This document shows positions 1 through 12,931 of a DNA stretch of 64,000 bases, one piece after another; the stretch's first letter is position 1, and the number at the start of each line of letters is the position of its first letter. The notes below the pieces were generated by a model. That model was given only the letters and a program-made list of their open reading frames with translations. It was not told where the DNA came from and searched no databases. A program made the position numbers and the translations under genes. Origin of the DNA: Octopus vulgaris (Eukaryota); assembly GCA_951406725.2 (NCBI GenBank), contig OX597821.1, positions 68,882,001 through 68,946,000 on the forward strand, given 5' to 3'.

Positions 1-250
1 TCCTAATGCCAACCATTCCGAGAGTGTAATGGGTGCTTTTACGTGCCACCGGCATGGGTGCCAGTTGTGTGATACCAGTATCTGCCACGAGTACGATTTC
101 ACTTGGTTTGATGGGTCTTCTTTCTCAAGCACAGCGTATTGCCAAAGGTCTCGGTCGTTTGTCATTGTCTCTGTGAGGCCCAGTGCTTGAAAGGGGCTTT
201 TTACGTACCACTGGCATGAGTGCTAGTTACACGGCACTGGCATCGACATT
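1..250 (-). mobile_element. RTE LINE 3' fragment (ORF end and 3'UTR), truncated by the window edge
   Basis: Similar to 48350-48930 of the large RTE copy. Confidence 0.7.
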
Positions 251-254
251 GACA

Positions 255-1165
255 AATATATCTGATTTTAAATCGAGTATAAAAAATATAAGAAACTACT
301 GAGAGAATGCATAGTTTTTTTAACAGTATTGCTAGAATAAGAATGGGCTGGGAAAAGTTCAGAAAGATTCTATATTTGTTGGTAACAAAGGGCCTCTCTC
401 TCAGAGACTGTGTATGAATAGCTATTCTACATGGCAGTGAAACATGGGCTGTGACTGCAGAGAACATGTCATGGCTTAAAAGAAACGGAACTGGTATACT
501 CCGCTGGATGTGCAATGTCAGTGTGAAGGTATGACAGAGTGCAAGTGCTTTAACAGAGAAAGATTGGGCATAAGTGACATCAGATGTGGCATGCAAGAGA
601 GATGACTATGCTGGTATGGTCATGTGATACGTATGAGTGAAAACAAGGACAACTGCATAAAAAAAGTGCCAATCTCTAACTTTGAAGGGAACCTGTTGAA
701 GAGGTAGATCAAGGAAGACGTGGAATGAGGTTGAGAAATAGGACCTTCAGATGTTGAGTCTCACAGAGGTGATGACAAGTGACTGAGATTATTGGCAAAT
801 TGCTGTACTTGAGAAGACATATCAAGTTAAGTGAAACCATAGTTGTGGCCATTGCCTGTGACACTTGAAAGGCATCCGTGCCGGTGACACAAAAAGGCAC
901 CCATGCTGGTGACACACAAAAGGCACCCATGTTGGTGACACACAAAAGGCACCCATGCCGGTGACACATTGAAGACACCAGTGCTTTTGACATGCAAATG
1001 ACACCTAGTACACTCTATGGAGTGGTTGGCATTAGGAAGGGCATCCAGTCATAGAAACCAAGCCAAAACAGACTGGAGCCAGATACAGCTTACCAGTTCC
1101 AGTCAAACCATCTTATCCATGCCAGTTGGAAAATAGATGCTGAATGATGACAATGATGATGATGT
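255..1165 (+). mobile_element. Degenerate RTE LINE 3' end with short tandem repeats (870-1000) and (GAT)n tail
   Basis: Translates in pieces to ARIRMGWEKFR...LVTKGLSL...AILHGSETWAV, like 49154-49400, followed by the shared 3'UTR. Confidence 0.85.
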
Positions 1166-1470
1166 GTATAGATGTGTATATGTATGTGCATGTGTATGTA
1201 TATTTATGCATTTGTGTGTATTTATGCACATGTGTGTGGGGATGAGTGGATGTATGTTTGTGTTTCTTTGCAAGTACCTGATCTCATTAGTGCTGGTGCT
1301 ATAAAAAAAAAGCCCCCAGTACTCTCTGTAAAATAGTTAGCATGAGGAAGGGCATCTAGCAGTAGAAACCATGCCAAAATAGACACTGGAGCTTGCTGCA
1401 TCCCTCTGCCTTGTTTCCTGTTGAATTGGCCAACCTATGCCAGCAAAGGAAAAAGGGATGCTAAATGATG

Positions 1471-1515
<45 letters not shown>

Positions 1516-1519
1516 ACGT

Positions 1520-1830
1520 GTGAAGGCTTGTGGCTTAGTGGTTAGAGTGTTCAGCTCATGATCATAAGGTTGTGAGTTCAATTGCTTGCGGCGCATCTCC
1601 TTGAGCAAAACACTTTATTTCACATTGTTCCAGCCCACTCAGCTGGCAAAAATGAGGTGTAGTTGTATTTCAAAAGGGCCAGCCATATCACACTTTGTGT
1701 CATGCTGAATCTCCCTGAGAATTACATTAAGGGTTTGCGTGTTTGCAGAGTGCTCAGCCATTTGCATGCTAATTTCATGAGCAGGCTGTTCTGTTGATCA
1801 GATTCCTCATTGTTGTCACCGACAGAGTAT
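1520..1830 (+). mobile_element. tRNA-headed SINE (family C); related copies near 27037-27360(+), 41900-42110(-), 46460-46740(-), 56310-56570(+), 60930-61140(-)
   Basis: A/B-box-like tggcttagtgg...gagttcaatt followed by the conserved ccttgagcaa..cacttta..cactcagctg core. Confidence 0.7.
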
Positions 1831-2003
1831 CAGATGTTCAGAGTATACATTGTTTGCTTTCCAGACATTTTTACATTACTGCATGTACTTTATATGCACT
1901 TTCTGACAAGCTGTGGTGCACCTGAGCAATGTATACAATAATTTCATTATTATTATCATGTATGTGTATATTTACAATTAAAAAAAATAATGAGACAACT
2001 TAC

Positions 2004-2074
2004 TCAGCACTTCTTTTCTCCGTAAATTGGCTATTTCTTCATACCTCACAATGTAATATTGGTCTTGTTCATCC
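2004..2074 (-). CDS. LRSAM1: LRSAM1 exon 14 (KDEQDQYYIVRYEEIANLRRKEVL); gene continues beyond the window start
   Basis: 71 nt, tgtag/gtaagt, phase 2-1; aligns with EETESLRRRDV. SAM and RING exons are not in the window. Confidence 0.88.
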
Positions 2075-4400
2075 CTACAACACAGTATTGACAAAAATGA
2101 GAAATGCAATTTCAGATTGTAACATACTTCAGACTGGATAACTTTTATAAGACATAGCAGATTATAATATGCTTTTAATAAAATATAATCAAACAACAAC
2201 AAAAGTTGAATCGTACTCATAATTAAAGAAGTATATTTGATATAGTTATTTATTATTTATTATTACTGTTTTATATCCATTCTTTCTATGAGATAGTGTT
2301 TTTTGGGACCTCTTCGAAACTTCTAGCCACTGTACTTCTCTTTCATGAACTAGGAGTGGAGTTTGTTGGACAATCAGGTAAACTGGAGCAAATACATTTG
2401 TATCATCGTCATTTAAAATCCATTTTCCATGCTGGTATGGGTTGGACAGTTTGACAGGATCTGGTGAACAGTAGGGCAGCTTCAGACCACAATGTCAGCT
2501 TCAGCTTGGTTTCAACAGCTGAATACCCTTCCTAATGCCAAGCAACATACAGTGCTTTTTTCCATGGTACCAGCCCTAGTGAGGTTGCTAAGTTACTAGC
2601 AAGAAAAAGAAAGGAAAAGGCAAAAGCTCCCTCAAGTAAGTGGGAGTGTATTTGAATGGGGGTGAGGGTGGCTTCATACTAAGTATTGAAGGCTAAAGTA
2701 TGACAGATGGAGAACAACATTGGCTTAATCATTAAGCAAAATAAGCATGTGCTCAGGGCATCAAGATGTGGGCTGAACCACAGAAAAGGTAAATGGTTTA
2801 TGGTACAAAAGAAATCACTTTAAACTTACTAAAATAACACTCAGAATGTCAATTTGTGATATGATATCCTAAAACCACCTTAGTAATGCTGATATCTTAA
2901 AACCACCTCATGAAGGGTGCTGGCACCACATAAAAAGCACCCAATGCACTCTGTAAAGTAGTTGTCATTAGGAAGGGCATCCAGCTGTATAAACCAAGCC
3001 AAAAAAGACTATGGAAAACGGACACTAAATGATAATGATGATGTGCAGGTGTTAAACCAGCCTTGAAATATAGCAAGTATCTATAGATGATTATAGATGG
3101 TTACAATCCTACTCATGAATAACAACTGCATACAATATCAATATGTTTTCCATGCCAGCATGGACTGGATGGTTCAACAGGAGCTGGCAAACAAGAGGAC
3201 TGCACCAAGCTCTAATGTCTACATGGCATGGTTTCAAGGCTGGATGCCCTTCCTAATGCCAACCACTTTTACAGAGTGTACTGGGTGCTTTTTATATGGC
3301 ACCAGCAGTAGTGTAGTCACCAAGTAACTTGCAAGACGAGACCCCTCAGCTGAGTGGAGCATAGTATTGAGATAGGTGTCTTTATGCCAGGTGATGAGAG
3401 GATAAAGTATGAAAGAGGAATGGGAAAAGATGTCTTGCAATAGGTGAGATACCTGGTTACCCTAGTTGGAAAAGAGAGAAGATGGTGAAGATGATGTGTC
3501 AGCATATGTCCTCAAGTTACAGGACGATGAATATGAAAGGAGTGGTAGAGAGGGTTGGTCCAGTTGGCAGGTAGGTAAGTAAATTCGCAAGAGTGTGTAA
3601 GGAGAGTGGATACATTAAAATGAAACGTGATTGCAGTTCTCAATATTCAGCCAAAACAGCATTGTTTCCTTTCTAACTGTAGTTGCACAAACTACCACTC
3701 AACCATCTCAACTGCATCAAATGTTGATTAGATTTGATGCAACCAAAAAGAAGTCACATGATGAAGACACTGGGCCTCAGTTTGACCCTTTAGCATTCAG
3801 ATTACTCTGACAAATGTAATGCATATTTACTCACATTGCTTTTAATTAATCATGCATATCAAATGGCTTTGAGATTACAATGATGTGATTATTTATCTTT
3901 AGAATGACATTGTAGGGTAGGTGCAAGAGGTTGGAGTTGGCCAGTCTGAACATAAAACAAGTAGAATATTAGGACCAGACATGACCAGTTTAAATGTTAA
4001 AGAGTTAAAGTCTACTGTTGACCAGAGCCTGCAATCTCCATACTGTATCGGCTTCAAATTCATGACATTTCTTAAACACAGATAGCAGAGGCTCATAAAC
4101 ATATGGTGTAACAATGACATGCCATGTGTCTGAGTATTATGCAATGTCTAAACACATACACTGCCAGATACACATTGACATATAGACATACATAGACACA
4201 CAGATACACTTACATGTTGACGGACAGATGCAAATACAGGTAGATAGACACATAAACATAGATAAGCAGATGAAACACAGACACACATAGACAAACCTCT
4301 CTTCCTCCACCACAGACCTTCTGATAAATACTGTATGTTAAGATGAAAACCACATGAGACAATGAAATATAAGATTAAATAGAGCAGACAAACTACTTAC

Positions 4401-4497
4401 TTCTCTTTCTCAATGGCTTCCATTAATTCCTCTTGTTTTCTGGCTTTTTCATTCATTTGCATGAGGTTATTGAGTAACCTGTTGGTCCTCTCTTCAA
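4401..4497 (-). CDS. LRSAM1: LRSAM1 exon 13, coiled coil (IEERTNRLLNNLMQMNEKARKQEELMEAIEKE)
   Basis: 97 nt, tccag/gtaagt, phase 1-2. Confidence 0.9.
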
Positions 4498-4619
4498 CTG
4501 GAACACAACAGAAGGTTTTTAAACCACAACATATAAACAATAACACCTGATAGTCTTTGACAGTGTATATAATAACATTGAGTATATACAATAATAACGG
4601 CAAAACAGTAAATAAGTTT

Positions 4620-5138
4620 TTCTATAACCTTCTGTTGATATCTCACAAAGTTTTCTATGAAATGTCATCACCAAGCTCTGAGGAAAACATTTACAAACCT
4701 GCAATATCATCATAAACTGCTACAAAGGCAGAGGGGATGTGTCAGAGAGAGGAAATTATAGGGAAATCAAAATACTGCATCAGACTATAATGGTCATGTA
4801 GAGAGTTGTCAAGTCACAGCACAATTGATCTGTGGCCAAGAAGAGATGCAGTTTAGCCTCATGTGCAAAAGAACTACCAAGGATGCAATCTTCCCAGTGA
4901 GGCAGCAGCAGGAGAAATACTTGGCTGAAAGTAAACTACCATTCCTCAAATTTGTTGACTTGGTGAAGGCATTTGACATTGTACTGTGTTCAGTAATTTG
5001 GTGGTCACTAAAGAAGCTCGTGTTGACAAATGGTTTGTGAGGTTTGTACAAGCTATGTACAAAGATGCAATAAGTAAAGTGAGAGTCAACAAAAAATGCA
5101 GTGAGAAATTTAGGGTGAAGGTAAGGGTCCATCAAGGT
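4620..5138 (+). mobile_element. Degenerate RTE reverse transcriptase fragment
   Basis: CYKGRGD, NYR, DAIF.VRQQQEKYL, KAFD and VHQG motifs are colinear with the 49618-51024 RT. Confidence 0.85.
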
Positions 5139-5159
5139 TAATTCAATAAACCAACTTAC

Positions 5160-5247
5160 TGTCCTCTAGACATGTGACCAAATTCTGCCGGTCAAGTTCC
5201 TTTTTGTTGCTGAGTTCTGCCAGGTCTTCATTAAGTTTGATCTGTTC
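5160..5247 (-). CDS. LRSAM1: LRSAM1 exon 12, coiled coil (EQIKLNEDLAELSNKKELDRQNLVTCLED)
   Basis: 88 nt, tcaag/gtaagt, phase 0-1; an alternative in-frame CAG acceptor lies 6 nt downstream. Confidence 0.85.
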
Positions 5248-5680
5248 CTTGAAGGAGGAGAAAGTGATAAAGAAAGCTTTGAATTTTCTGAAAAATACAT
5301 AGCATGGACTTCGTTGATTTGTCATAAGGTGACATAATTCAAGTTGGACTGTTTTACAACCATGTTGTTCCAGGTTTAGACCCACTGCAAAGCACCTTGT
5401 ACAAGTGTATTCTATTACAGTTCTGGGTCAACGAAAGCCTTGTAAGTGGGTGTGATAAACAGTCCACTCTGTAAGGTGGTTGGTATTGGGAAGAGTATCT
5501 AGCTGTAAAAATCCTGCCAAAACACACAGTGAAACCTGGTGCAGTCTTCTGCTTAGCCAGCCTTTGTTAAACCATCAAACCCATGCCAGCAAGGAAAACA
5601 GACCTTAAATGATGATGATGATAAAGCACACATCTGTATATGTACAGTTGTCTAGACTATACATATGCAATTAGATGAAT

Positions 5681-6096
5681 GGTGCAGGTGTGGCTGTGTG
5701 GTAAGAAATTCGCTTCTCAACCACATGGTTCAAGGTTCAGTCCCACTGTGTGGCACCTTGGGCAAGTGTCTTCTATTACAGGCTTGGGCCAATCAAAGCC
5801 TCTAGATTGTATTTGGTAGATAGAAACTGAAAAAAGCCTGTCATATATATATATATATATATATATTAATGTCTTTGTGTCTGTGTTTGTTCCCCCATCA
5901 GTGCTTGACAACTGGCGTTGGTATGCTTATGTTCCTCTAACTTAGCAGTTCATCAAAAGAGACTGATAGAATAAGTACTAGGCTTTAAAAAAATAAGTTC
6001 AGGGGTCAATTTGTTCAACTAAAAAAAAGCCCTTCAAGGCGATGCTCCCACATGGCTGCAGTCAAATGACTGAAATGAGTAAAAGAATAAAAGAAT
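5681..6096 (+). mobile_element. tRNA-derived SINE family A, full length
   Basis: Head ggtgcaggtgtggctgtgtggtaag...ggttcagtccc, internal (TA)n, tail cagtcaaatgactgaaa..(taaaagaa)n; many copies in the window. Confidence 0.85.
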
Positions 6097-6133
6097 GACC
6101 ATTTAAGAAATGTTAAGGACAAATGAGACCTAC

Positions 6134-6256
6134 TTGTGCAATAGTTGATACTAAATGGTCTTTCTCTTTTAGTGCTGAAGCTGCCATCTTGGCATATTTC
6201 TTCTCGTCCTCCTCATACTGGCGATTAAATGCCATTCGTTCTTGACGTTTCTTTTC
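6134..6256 (-). CDS. LRSAM1: LRSAM1 exon 11, coiled coil (EKKRQERMAFNRQYEE...STIAQ)
   Basis: 123 nt, tacag/gtaggt, phase 0-0; charged helical sequence. Confidence 0.88.
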
Positions 6257-6453
6257 CTGTAGCAAAGAGAAAATTCATCAATGTCATTTTTAGTGTTTGT
6301 CCTTTCACAAAATATCAAAATTTATTGAACATATTCAATAGATGTACACAAGAGTGAGGATTAGATGACTATAGATGTAGAGCAGAGCATTGAATGAAGG
6401 GGATAGTTTAGGTTACTGGTGGGAAGTGTGTATAACAGACAAATCAGGATATA

Positions 6454-7738
6454 TTGGGTCATACCATAAGTGATGCAGTTTTTTTATACTTCTTTTATTT
6501 TGCAAAATTAAGATAAACAAAGTTCTTTTTTAATCTAAAATATACTCTCCTTCATTTTCTACAATGCTCTTCCATCTATCCAATAGACCTGCAAGGCACC
6601 TTTTCCAAAGTTAACTTGTCCGTGATGGAAAATACTCTTCCAATACTGTTCTGACCTTGTCTACAGAATTCATATTTTTCCCGTTGAAATGATTTTGAAG
6701 ACTGCAGGATAAATGATAATCAGATGGGGCAATGTCCAGTGAATATAGTGGGTGGGGCATTGTTTTTCACTCAAACTGCTCCAGTCTTTGGAATGTCATC
6801 TTCGCTGTATGTGGCTGAGCATTATCCTAATGAAAGAACACCTTTCATCTTGAAACCAAAGATGGTCGTTTTTCTTCTAGTGCTGACTTAAGCTGCTTAA
6901 GTTACTCACAGTAGATCTCCTTTGTTATCATTTGGCTTGGGTTTAAAAGTTCAAAGTGGACTAAATCTTTCATATTTCACCAGATAACAACACCTTACGT
7001 GGGTGAAGACCTTCTTTAACCTGGGGTGTTGGTGCTTCTCCTTTCCCTACACACTGTCTTTGGCACTTGACATTTTTATAGAGAACACATTTCTCGTCAC
7101 CAGTTACTATTCAGTCCAAAAAAGGTTCATTCTTGAGACGCAACAACAAAGAAGAGCACACATTCACTCTCTATGCATGATTAGACTTGGGAAGTTTGTA
7201 AGGAACCCATTGACCTAATTTGCTGACTTTTCTGATGGCACACAGGTGTCAATGAATGGTTGAATGACCAAATCGAAGATTCTCTGCTAGTTCCTCAACA
7301 GTTATAATGGGATTTTGTTCCACGAGAGTTTGCAGGACATTCTCATCAAGCTCTATAGATCTTCCAGGACGAGGCTTGTGTTCTAGGCTGTAGTTTCCAG
7401 TTCAAAATTTCTGGAACCACCATTGACTCTGGCTTACACTTATTGTCCAATCTCCATATACTGCATTAATATTCCTTGCACTTCCCATTGCGCTGTTGCC
7501 TTTATTGAACTCATAAAGCAAAATATGCTGAATATGCTCCTTTGTCACTTCCATTATAGCTTTGAAAAAAATAACTGCTAAAATCGAACAGCATGCTTCA
7601 AAACTTGCACTAAGAATAAGGGAAAAGTAAAATTACTACCTAATTTTATAACAAGTTGATGTAGGTAGTTTGTCCCATTCCCCTTCAACTTTTAGTTCAT
7701 GAAATTGAAACAAACACATTATTTATGGGACGACCCAA
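6454..7738 (-). mobile_element. Full-length (about 1.29 kb) dead mariner element (Hsmar1/SETMAR-like transposase)
   Basis: TA-flanked imperfect TIRs (ttgggtcatacc.../...ggacgacccaa); ATG at 7554 (MEVTKEHIQHILLYEF); WVPYKL, TGDEK, DNAQPH and YSLDIAPSDY motifs; several stops and frameshifts. Confidence 0.92.
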
Positions 7739-8067
7739 TAGTTAGGAGACTCCTGACAAAATTGCTGAAAGGCTGTACTGAAGACCTAAGAAAAATGTTG
7801 CTGCTAACAATCTTTCCTTTATTGGCTACAAGGGCTGAACTTTTGCTAACAATAATAATGATAATAGTGTGATGATTATGATGAGCATCACCGTTGTTGT
7901 CTTCATCATCTTTATGTGATTAGTGAAACAAAGAAGATAAAGTTAACAGACATGGGGCTGCATGGTTAAAAAGCTCACTTTGCAACCACAAGGTTTCAGG
8001 TTCAGCCCCACTACATGATACTTAGGGCAAGTGTCTTGTATAGTCCTAGACAGACCAATGTCTAGTG

Positions 8068-8218
8068 CAGGGCTAGCCAACCTGAGGCCTGCGAGCTGCA
8101 GACTTTTATCTTGCGGCCCGCTTGATACTTTCTTGAAATGGGTTTATTTAAACAAACATTTTAAAAATTTAATCAAAAATTGAAGATTGTAACGAAAAGT
8201 AAAAAAGAAAGATACTAC
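8068..8218 (+). mobile_element. Truncated hAT (Charlie-type) MITE left end
   Basis: Near-identical to 54843-54993; preceded by the target gtctagtg; cut by a SINE. Confidence 0.8.
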
Positions 8219-8400
8219 AGGCGCAAGAGTGGCTGTGTGGTAAGTAGCTTGCTTACCAACCACATGGTTCTGGTTCATTCCCACTGTGCGGCACCTTGGG
8301 CCTTCTACTATAGCCTTGGGCAGACCAAAGCCTTGTGAGTGGATTTGGTAGACGGAAACTGGACGAAGCCCGTCGTATATATGTATGTATATATGTAAGT
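8219..8400 (+). mobile_element. SINE family A, 5' half
   Basis: ggcgcaagagtggctgtgtggtaagtagc head. Confidence 0.85.
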
Positions 8401-9213
8401 GAATAGAATATGTACCAGACTTGAAACTTAGTGTTTCAGCCAAAAGAGAGCAGCAGGATCCACAGGTCACTCAAGGAAAGGCCCAGAATCTGGTCAAGAC
8501 CACGTTGGAGACCAACTCCAAGGACTTCCTGACAGATGCTGCCTTCATAAGTGAGCAAGTGTTAGTGGACTTGTTCATCAAGTTTAACACAGCCAACCCC
8601 TCCAGTGCTGCAGTGGAGCGTTTGCTCTCTGTGGGTAAGGACATCTTGAGGGTCAAGAGGGTCTGGTGAAAAACTTTGACATGCTAATTTTCATGAAGAG
8701 CAACATGCATCTCATGAACAAAATGGAGAATGAGAAGAGAAAAAATTAAATTATGTAGATATTGTGTTTTTCAAATTTAAAAAAAAATTTTAGTTTAATA
8801 CTAATAGTGATTTATTTGAGTTTCTTTTTTTTACCCTTTTCTGACTCTAAAAGCCTGTAAAAACCTAAAAAGGGGCCCAAACTATGAAATTAGCCTTTTT
8901 TAGGTCTTTTAAAAGTTAAAACTATAAAATCAGCATTTTAAACTCTAAGACAAAACAAAACAATAATTTTTGGGTTCTAAAGCTCTTAAAAACACCAAAA
9001 AAAGGCTGATTTTATAGTTTTGGCACTTTTTAAAGGTGTTTTTAGAGCAAAAACTCATTTTTTGTTTTTTTTCTATAATAAAAATTAATGATAACAGTTT
9101 ATCGATAACTTCCATTACATTTTTAAAGAATTAACAGTTATTGTAGTTAACTTTTTGGTTAATGGTTTAATGGTTAACAAAGTTAAATTTTCAATTAACA
9201 GTGCCCACCTTTG
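8401..9213 (+). mobile_element. hAT transposon 3' remnant with C-terminal dimerisation motif
   Basis: LFIKFNTANPSSAAVERLLS matches the hAT PxSSAxxERxFS motif; subterminal gttaac repeats; TIR-like end gtgcccacctttg. Confidence 0.7.
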
Positions 9214-9418
9214 CTCTTAGATACATTATCTAAAGTGTCCTTCTTTTTTCAAACAATATGATGTGGCTTGAGAGTGAGAGATTTGTCCACCATATCTACC
9301 AAGTCTAGTCATCACGTAGATGACCAAACTCACCCACTCACATCAGCTTGTCATTCAGTAAGTGATTCAGTTATCAGTGGCTCGTAAATAATACAAATAG
9401 AAGTAACTTTTTACTCAC

Positions 9419-9448
9419 CTGTAAGTTAGCATATTTCTCAATATCTTG
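9419..9448 (-). CDS. LRSAM1: LRSAM1 exon 10, 30-nt microexon (QDIEKYANLQ)
   Basis: ttacag/gtgagt strong sites, phase 0-0; fits between exons 9 and 11. Confidence 0.8.
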
Positions 9449-9948
9449 CTGTAAGTAAAAGAAACCACAGAATGAGATGAATTCAAGCAATGTCAAGAAG
9501 ATGGAACAAGTCTCTACTAATATTATAAGTTTAATACAAAAAAACATACATCAAAGTTAATAAATGATCAACAGTTATTTATCCAATGCAAAATGTAGGA
9601 GAGACAGCATCAGCAGCTAAACCGTTTATGATAAGAAAAAAATATAAATTGGCGACTAGACAGAGTGTAGAAATGGCTGTGTTGTTCAGAAATTCACATA
9701 TGAAGTGAAATATTAAAAGACAGAAATGAAATTGAGTTGCAGAATCTAGTACAGAAACACGGTGCTACTCAATGGTGCTTAAAATATATATTTGTTTTAC
9801 CAACTGATTTATGCCTCAGCTTAACACAAGCACAAAACATATGTCTAATATATAGAAAGTATATTCAGATGTTGAATTTTGACAAACAAATGAGGAAAAT
9901 GGAAAATAGAGAGAGAGGTGTGAGTACATACAGAATATGTGTGTATTA

Positions 9949-10193
9949 CAGTTCTATATTTAAGAGATGAGGAATTATGTATATTATTTACATTTGACAG
10001 ATATTTGTCCTCATCTTGTTTGCTGTTAATATGTTTTGGCTGATATACCGTCCAGCCTTCATCAGGTGTCTTGGGGAAATTTCGAACCTGGTTTCTTATT
10101 CCTAACATATTTTTTGATGTAATTATTATTTTTATTATTAACGTTGTGTTAACAGCAAACAAGATGACAAATATCCATCAAATGTATATAATG
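9949..10193 (-). mobile_element. Hammerhead-bearing Penelope-type short element, copy 1 (5' truncated)
   Basis: 13-bp TSD tatgtgtgtatta (9936-9948 / 10194-10206); same body as 28032 and 60451; short inverted 5' piece. Confidence 0.8.
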
Positions 10194-10489
10194 TATGTGT
10201 GTATTATTTATTTATTTTATATAGCATTTTGAGAACAACAACATTGTTGGGTACATGTTTCCAGTGGATCAATCACTGCTTCTCTGAATTTACAACATAT
10301 CACAAAAGTAACAAGGATTGGCAATGTAACTCTGGTAAAACAAAAGCGAAAAAGGCATTTTTGTTCAAAGGCATCAGTTTGTGTCTTCTTTTTGTAATGT
10401 TTGTATTTTTTGCTTTAAAATATGCTCATATATACCCATATACATTTATAATACACACACACACAAATCAAGAGAACTTAAATACTGAC

Positions 10490-10623
10490 CATCATCAATG
10501 CATCTTCTTGTAAAAGTTTTACAGAATGGTCACTAAATGTACTGGACATTTGGTGTTTCTTTTCTGAGGAATCCAACACTTGGAGTAGAAACTGTGATGG
10601 AGGTATGTATTCTTCTCCAGATT
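10490..10623 (-). CDS. LRSAM1: LRSAM1 exon 9 (ESGEEYIPPSQFLLQVLD...QEDALMM)
   Basis: 134 nt, atcag/gtcagt, phase 1-0; aligns with ESGLEYYPPSQYLL. Confidence 0.9.
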
Positions 10624-11272
10624 CTGATGAAAGTGGAAATAACAGATTAGGTTAGATAATATTTCAAGAGGAATAGATATTCTCACTTCAACCCTGAATT
10701 TGTTTCAATTAATTTTGAAAATAATGAAGAATTTAGTAAACTAACCTTGTCATTGGTGTTTGGAACATAAATTAACATTGAAGGCTCTAATTTATACCAC
10801 TTAAAGAGTATTATCATACAACCATGAGGTGATCTGCTGGTATCAAAAAGATTAAGCAATACATTTCTCTATATGATATTTAAAGGGCACCTTTTTGGCT
10901 AGCAGTTGTTCTCATAGTGACAGCAGCTTCTATTTTGCAGTTAATCCTGTAGTTTCTTTTCAAAATCATTCTGGTAACTATGACCACTTCTACAAACACA
11001 GTCTCTCACATGTTAACCACTCATCTTATTAAGACGAGTATGACACTGTTGCTCTCATATAGCAAATGCTAACAAAATTAATTATAAACTAGTACTGAAA
11101 ACAGTAGAAAGAGTTCAAATCTTTGTTTGCATGATAAAAGAATTTACTATTAATGAGCCAAGAGGTGGGCTGTGACACTGCATCTCCTTGTCTATATCAA
11201 TTCTTTATTTGAAATTATAAACTGAAATTTAGAAAAAGAAAATGAGAAAAAAAAAATGAAGATTAGTCTCAC

Positions 11273-11320
11273 CTGAGCAAAGGAATTTCATAATTGCTTC
11301 AGTACCTTGGGAACAAACCT
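11273..11320 (-). CDS. LRSAM1: LRSAM1 exon 8 (EVCSQGTEAIMKFLCS)
   Basis: 48 nt, tacag/gtgaga, phase 1-1; aligns with EVCGAGTAAILQFLC. Confidence 0.93.
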
Positions 11321-11359
11321 CTGTAAAATGAAATAAAAAATAATGATAATAATGATAAT

Positions 11360-11545
11360 AATCCTTTCTACTATAGGCACAAGACCTGAAATTTGGAGGG
11401 AGGAGACTAGTCAATTACATCAACCCCAGTGCATAACTGGCACTTATTTCATCGACCCTGAAAAGACGAAAGGTAAAGTCAACCCCCATGGAATACCACT
11501 AAGCATTTTGCCTGGCGTGCTAATGATTCTACAAACTCACTGCCT
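11360..11545 (-). mobile_element. SINE family B (Nin/Deu-domain-like core); other copies 14088-14300(+), 22160-22265(-), 30860-31000(-), 37700-37880(-), 62518-62730(+)
   Basis: Shared core gactttgcctttcatcctttcggggtcgataaa-taagtaccag with a tRNA-like head in complete copies. Confidence 0.75.
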
Positions 11546-11546
11546 C

Positions 11547-11580
<34 letters not shown>

Positions 11581-11661
11581 GTAATAGTAATACTAATACT
11601 ACTACTACTACTACTACTAATAATAATAATAATAACAATAATAATAATAATAATAATAATA

Positions 11662-12220
11662 AACGCCCTGATGCAGTACCATGCAGTAGCTTTCATGGCT
11701 TCTGATCTTAAATGATTGGAAGTGTTATCATGTACATTATTTTGTCTTGGTATAAAAGATGGGCTATATCAAATACTCTGCTCAATACTACAGATTTGCT
11801 TGTCAGTTGTTTGACCATAACCAGTTGAGCATGTCCCTTAGTGGCTGACGATATGTGCATCTCTGATCTAGAGCAGAAGTAGTGGGGGAGGCATCATAGC
11901 CATGTGTTGAGAGGAATTCTTTGGGGTTTGAATAATTCACCTCTGGAAACATGCATGTTTTGTTCATCATCCTCAAACAACCCTTATTCAGGGACCTTTT
12001 GAATGGGATGGGCTACTCAACCTGAAGATAATTCTAACTGGGTCCCATCTGCAAGGTTATGCGCCATTAATCTTGATATGAGATAGCCATGTCGCACATA
12101 TGTGGCTGTGATGCATGTGCCTGGTGTACCCTTATCAGACGGGTAGTCATGATGGGTATACTGGGCTTCGTATAGTTTACTCCAGTTTCACTTTGATGGC
12201 ATGCACTAATCTCTCACTCA
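11662..12220. mobile_element. Unclassified ~560-bp insert bounded on both sides by (AAT)n
   Basis: More GC-rich segment sitting inside an (AAT)n tract; no convincing ORF. Confidence 0.4.
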
Positions 12221-12234
12221 ATAATAATAATGAG

Positions 12235-12390
12235 AAGAAGAAGAAGAAGAAGAAGAAGAAGAAGAAGAAGAAGAAGAAGAAGAAGAAGAAGAAGAAGAAG
12301 AAGAAGAAGAAGAAGAAGAAGAAGAAGAAGAAGAAGAAGAAGAAGAAGAAGAAGAAGAAGAAGAAGAAGAAGAAGAAGAAGAAGAAGAAG
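12235..12390. repeat. Pure (AAG)52 microsatellite
   Basis: Direct reading; produces the spurious poly-K ORF. Confidence 0.97.
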
Positions 12391-12554
12391 CTGGTGGTGG
12401 TGGTGATGGTGACAGTGATGATGATGATGATGATGATTTCCTAACGTTGGATAAGGTAATGTATTTTCTGGGAACGAACAGTAAATGAAATCAATCTCAA
12501 CATTTGGCTGGTTCTTATTTCATTGATCCTAAAAGGATGTAGTTGATGTCTTAC

Positions 12555-12719
12555 CTGCAGGTGGATGGACCATATTTGCGGCATCCACAAGCAAGTTCTC
12601 TAAAGCACGCAATTTCCACAATTCAGTTGGCAGATTAGTTAATTGGTTGTTGGAGAGGTCAAGAGTTCGGAGGGACGATAAATTGCATAGACTGGTGGGG
12701 ATTTCTTTTAATTTATTTC
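12555..12719 (-). CDS. LRSAM1: LRSAM1 exon 7, LRRs and cap (GNKLKEIPTSLCNL...DAANMVHPPA)
   Basis: 165 nt, tgcag/gtaaga, phase 1-1; aligns with NKLKELP...DASAMVYPP. Confidence 0.95.
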
Positions 12720-12931
12720 CTGCAATACATAAGAAAACATGCATTTGTTAGAACCATTGACCTAACCAGCAGAAAAACAATACAACATACAATATAATCA
12801 ATACAGATGCTAACAACTAACTTAGCAATGAGCCTAAAGACTTAGCAATGATAGAGACACTAATTAAATTTTTCACAAATCACACCCTGCCATCTTAAAA
12901 AAAAAATGTATCACATAAAAAAGAATATGTA

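Noticed and set aside
6454-7738. SETMAR-like host gene
   Set aside because: No SET domain, multiple stops, and TIRs present: a dead mariner.
12115-12444. Poly-lysine ORF
   Set aside because: Translation of the (AAG)n microsatellite.
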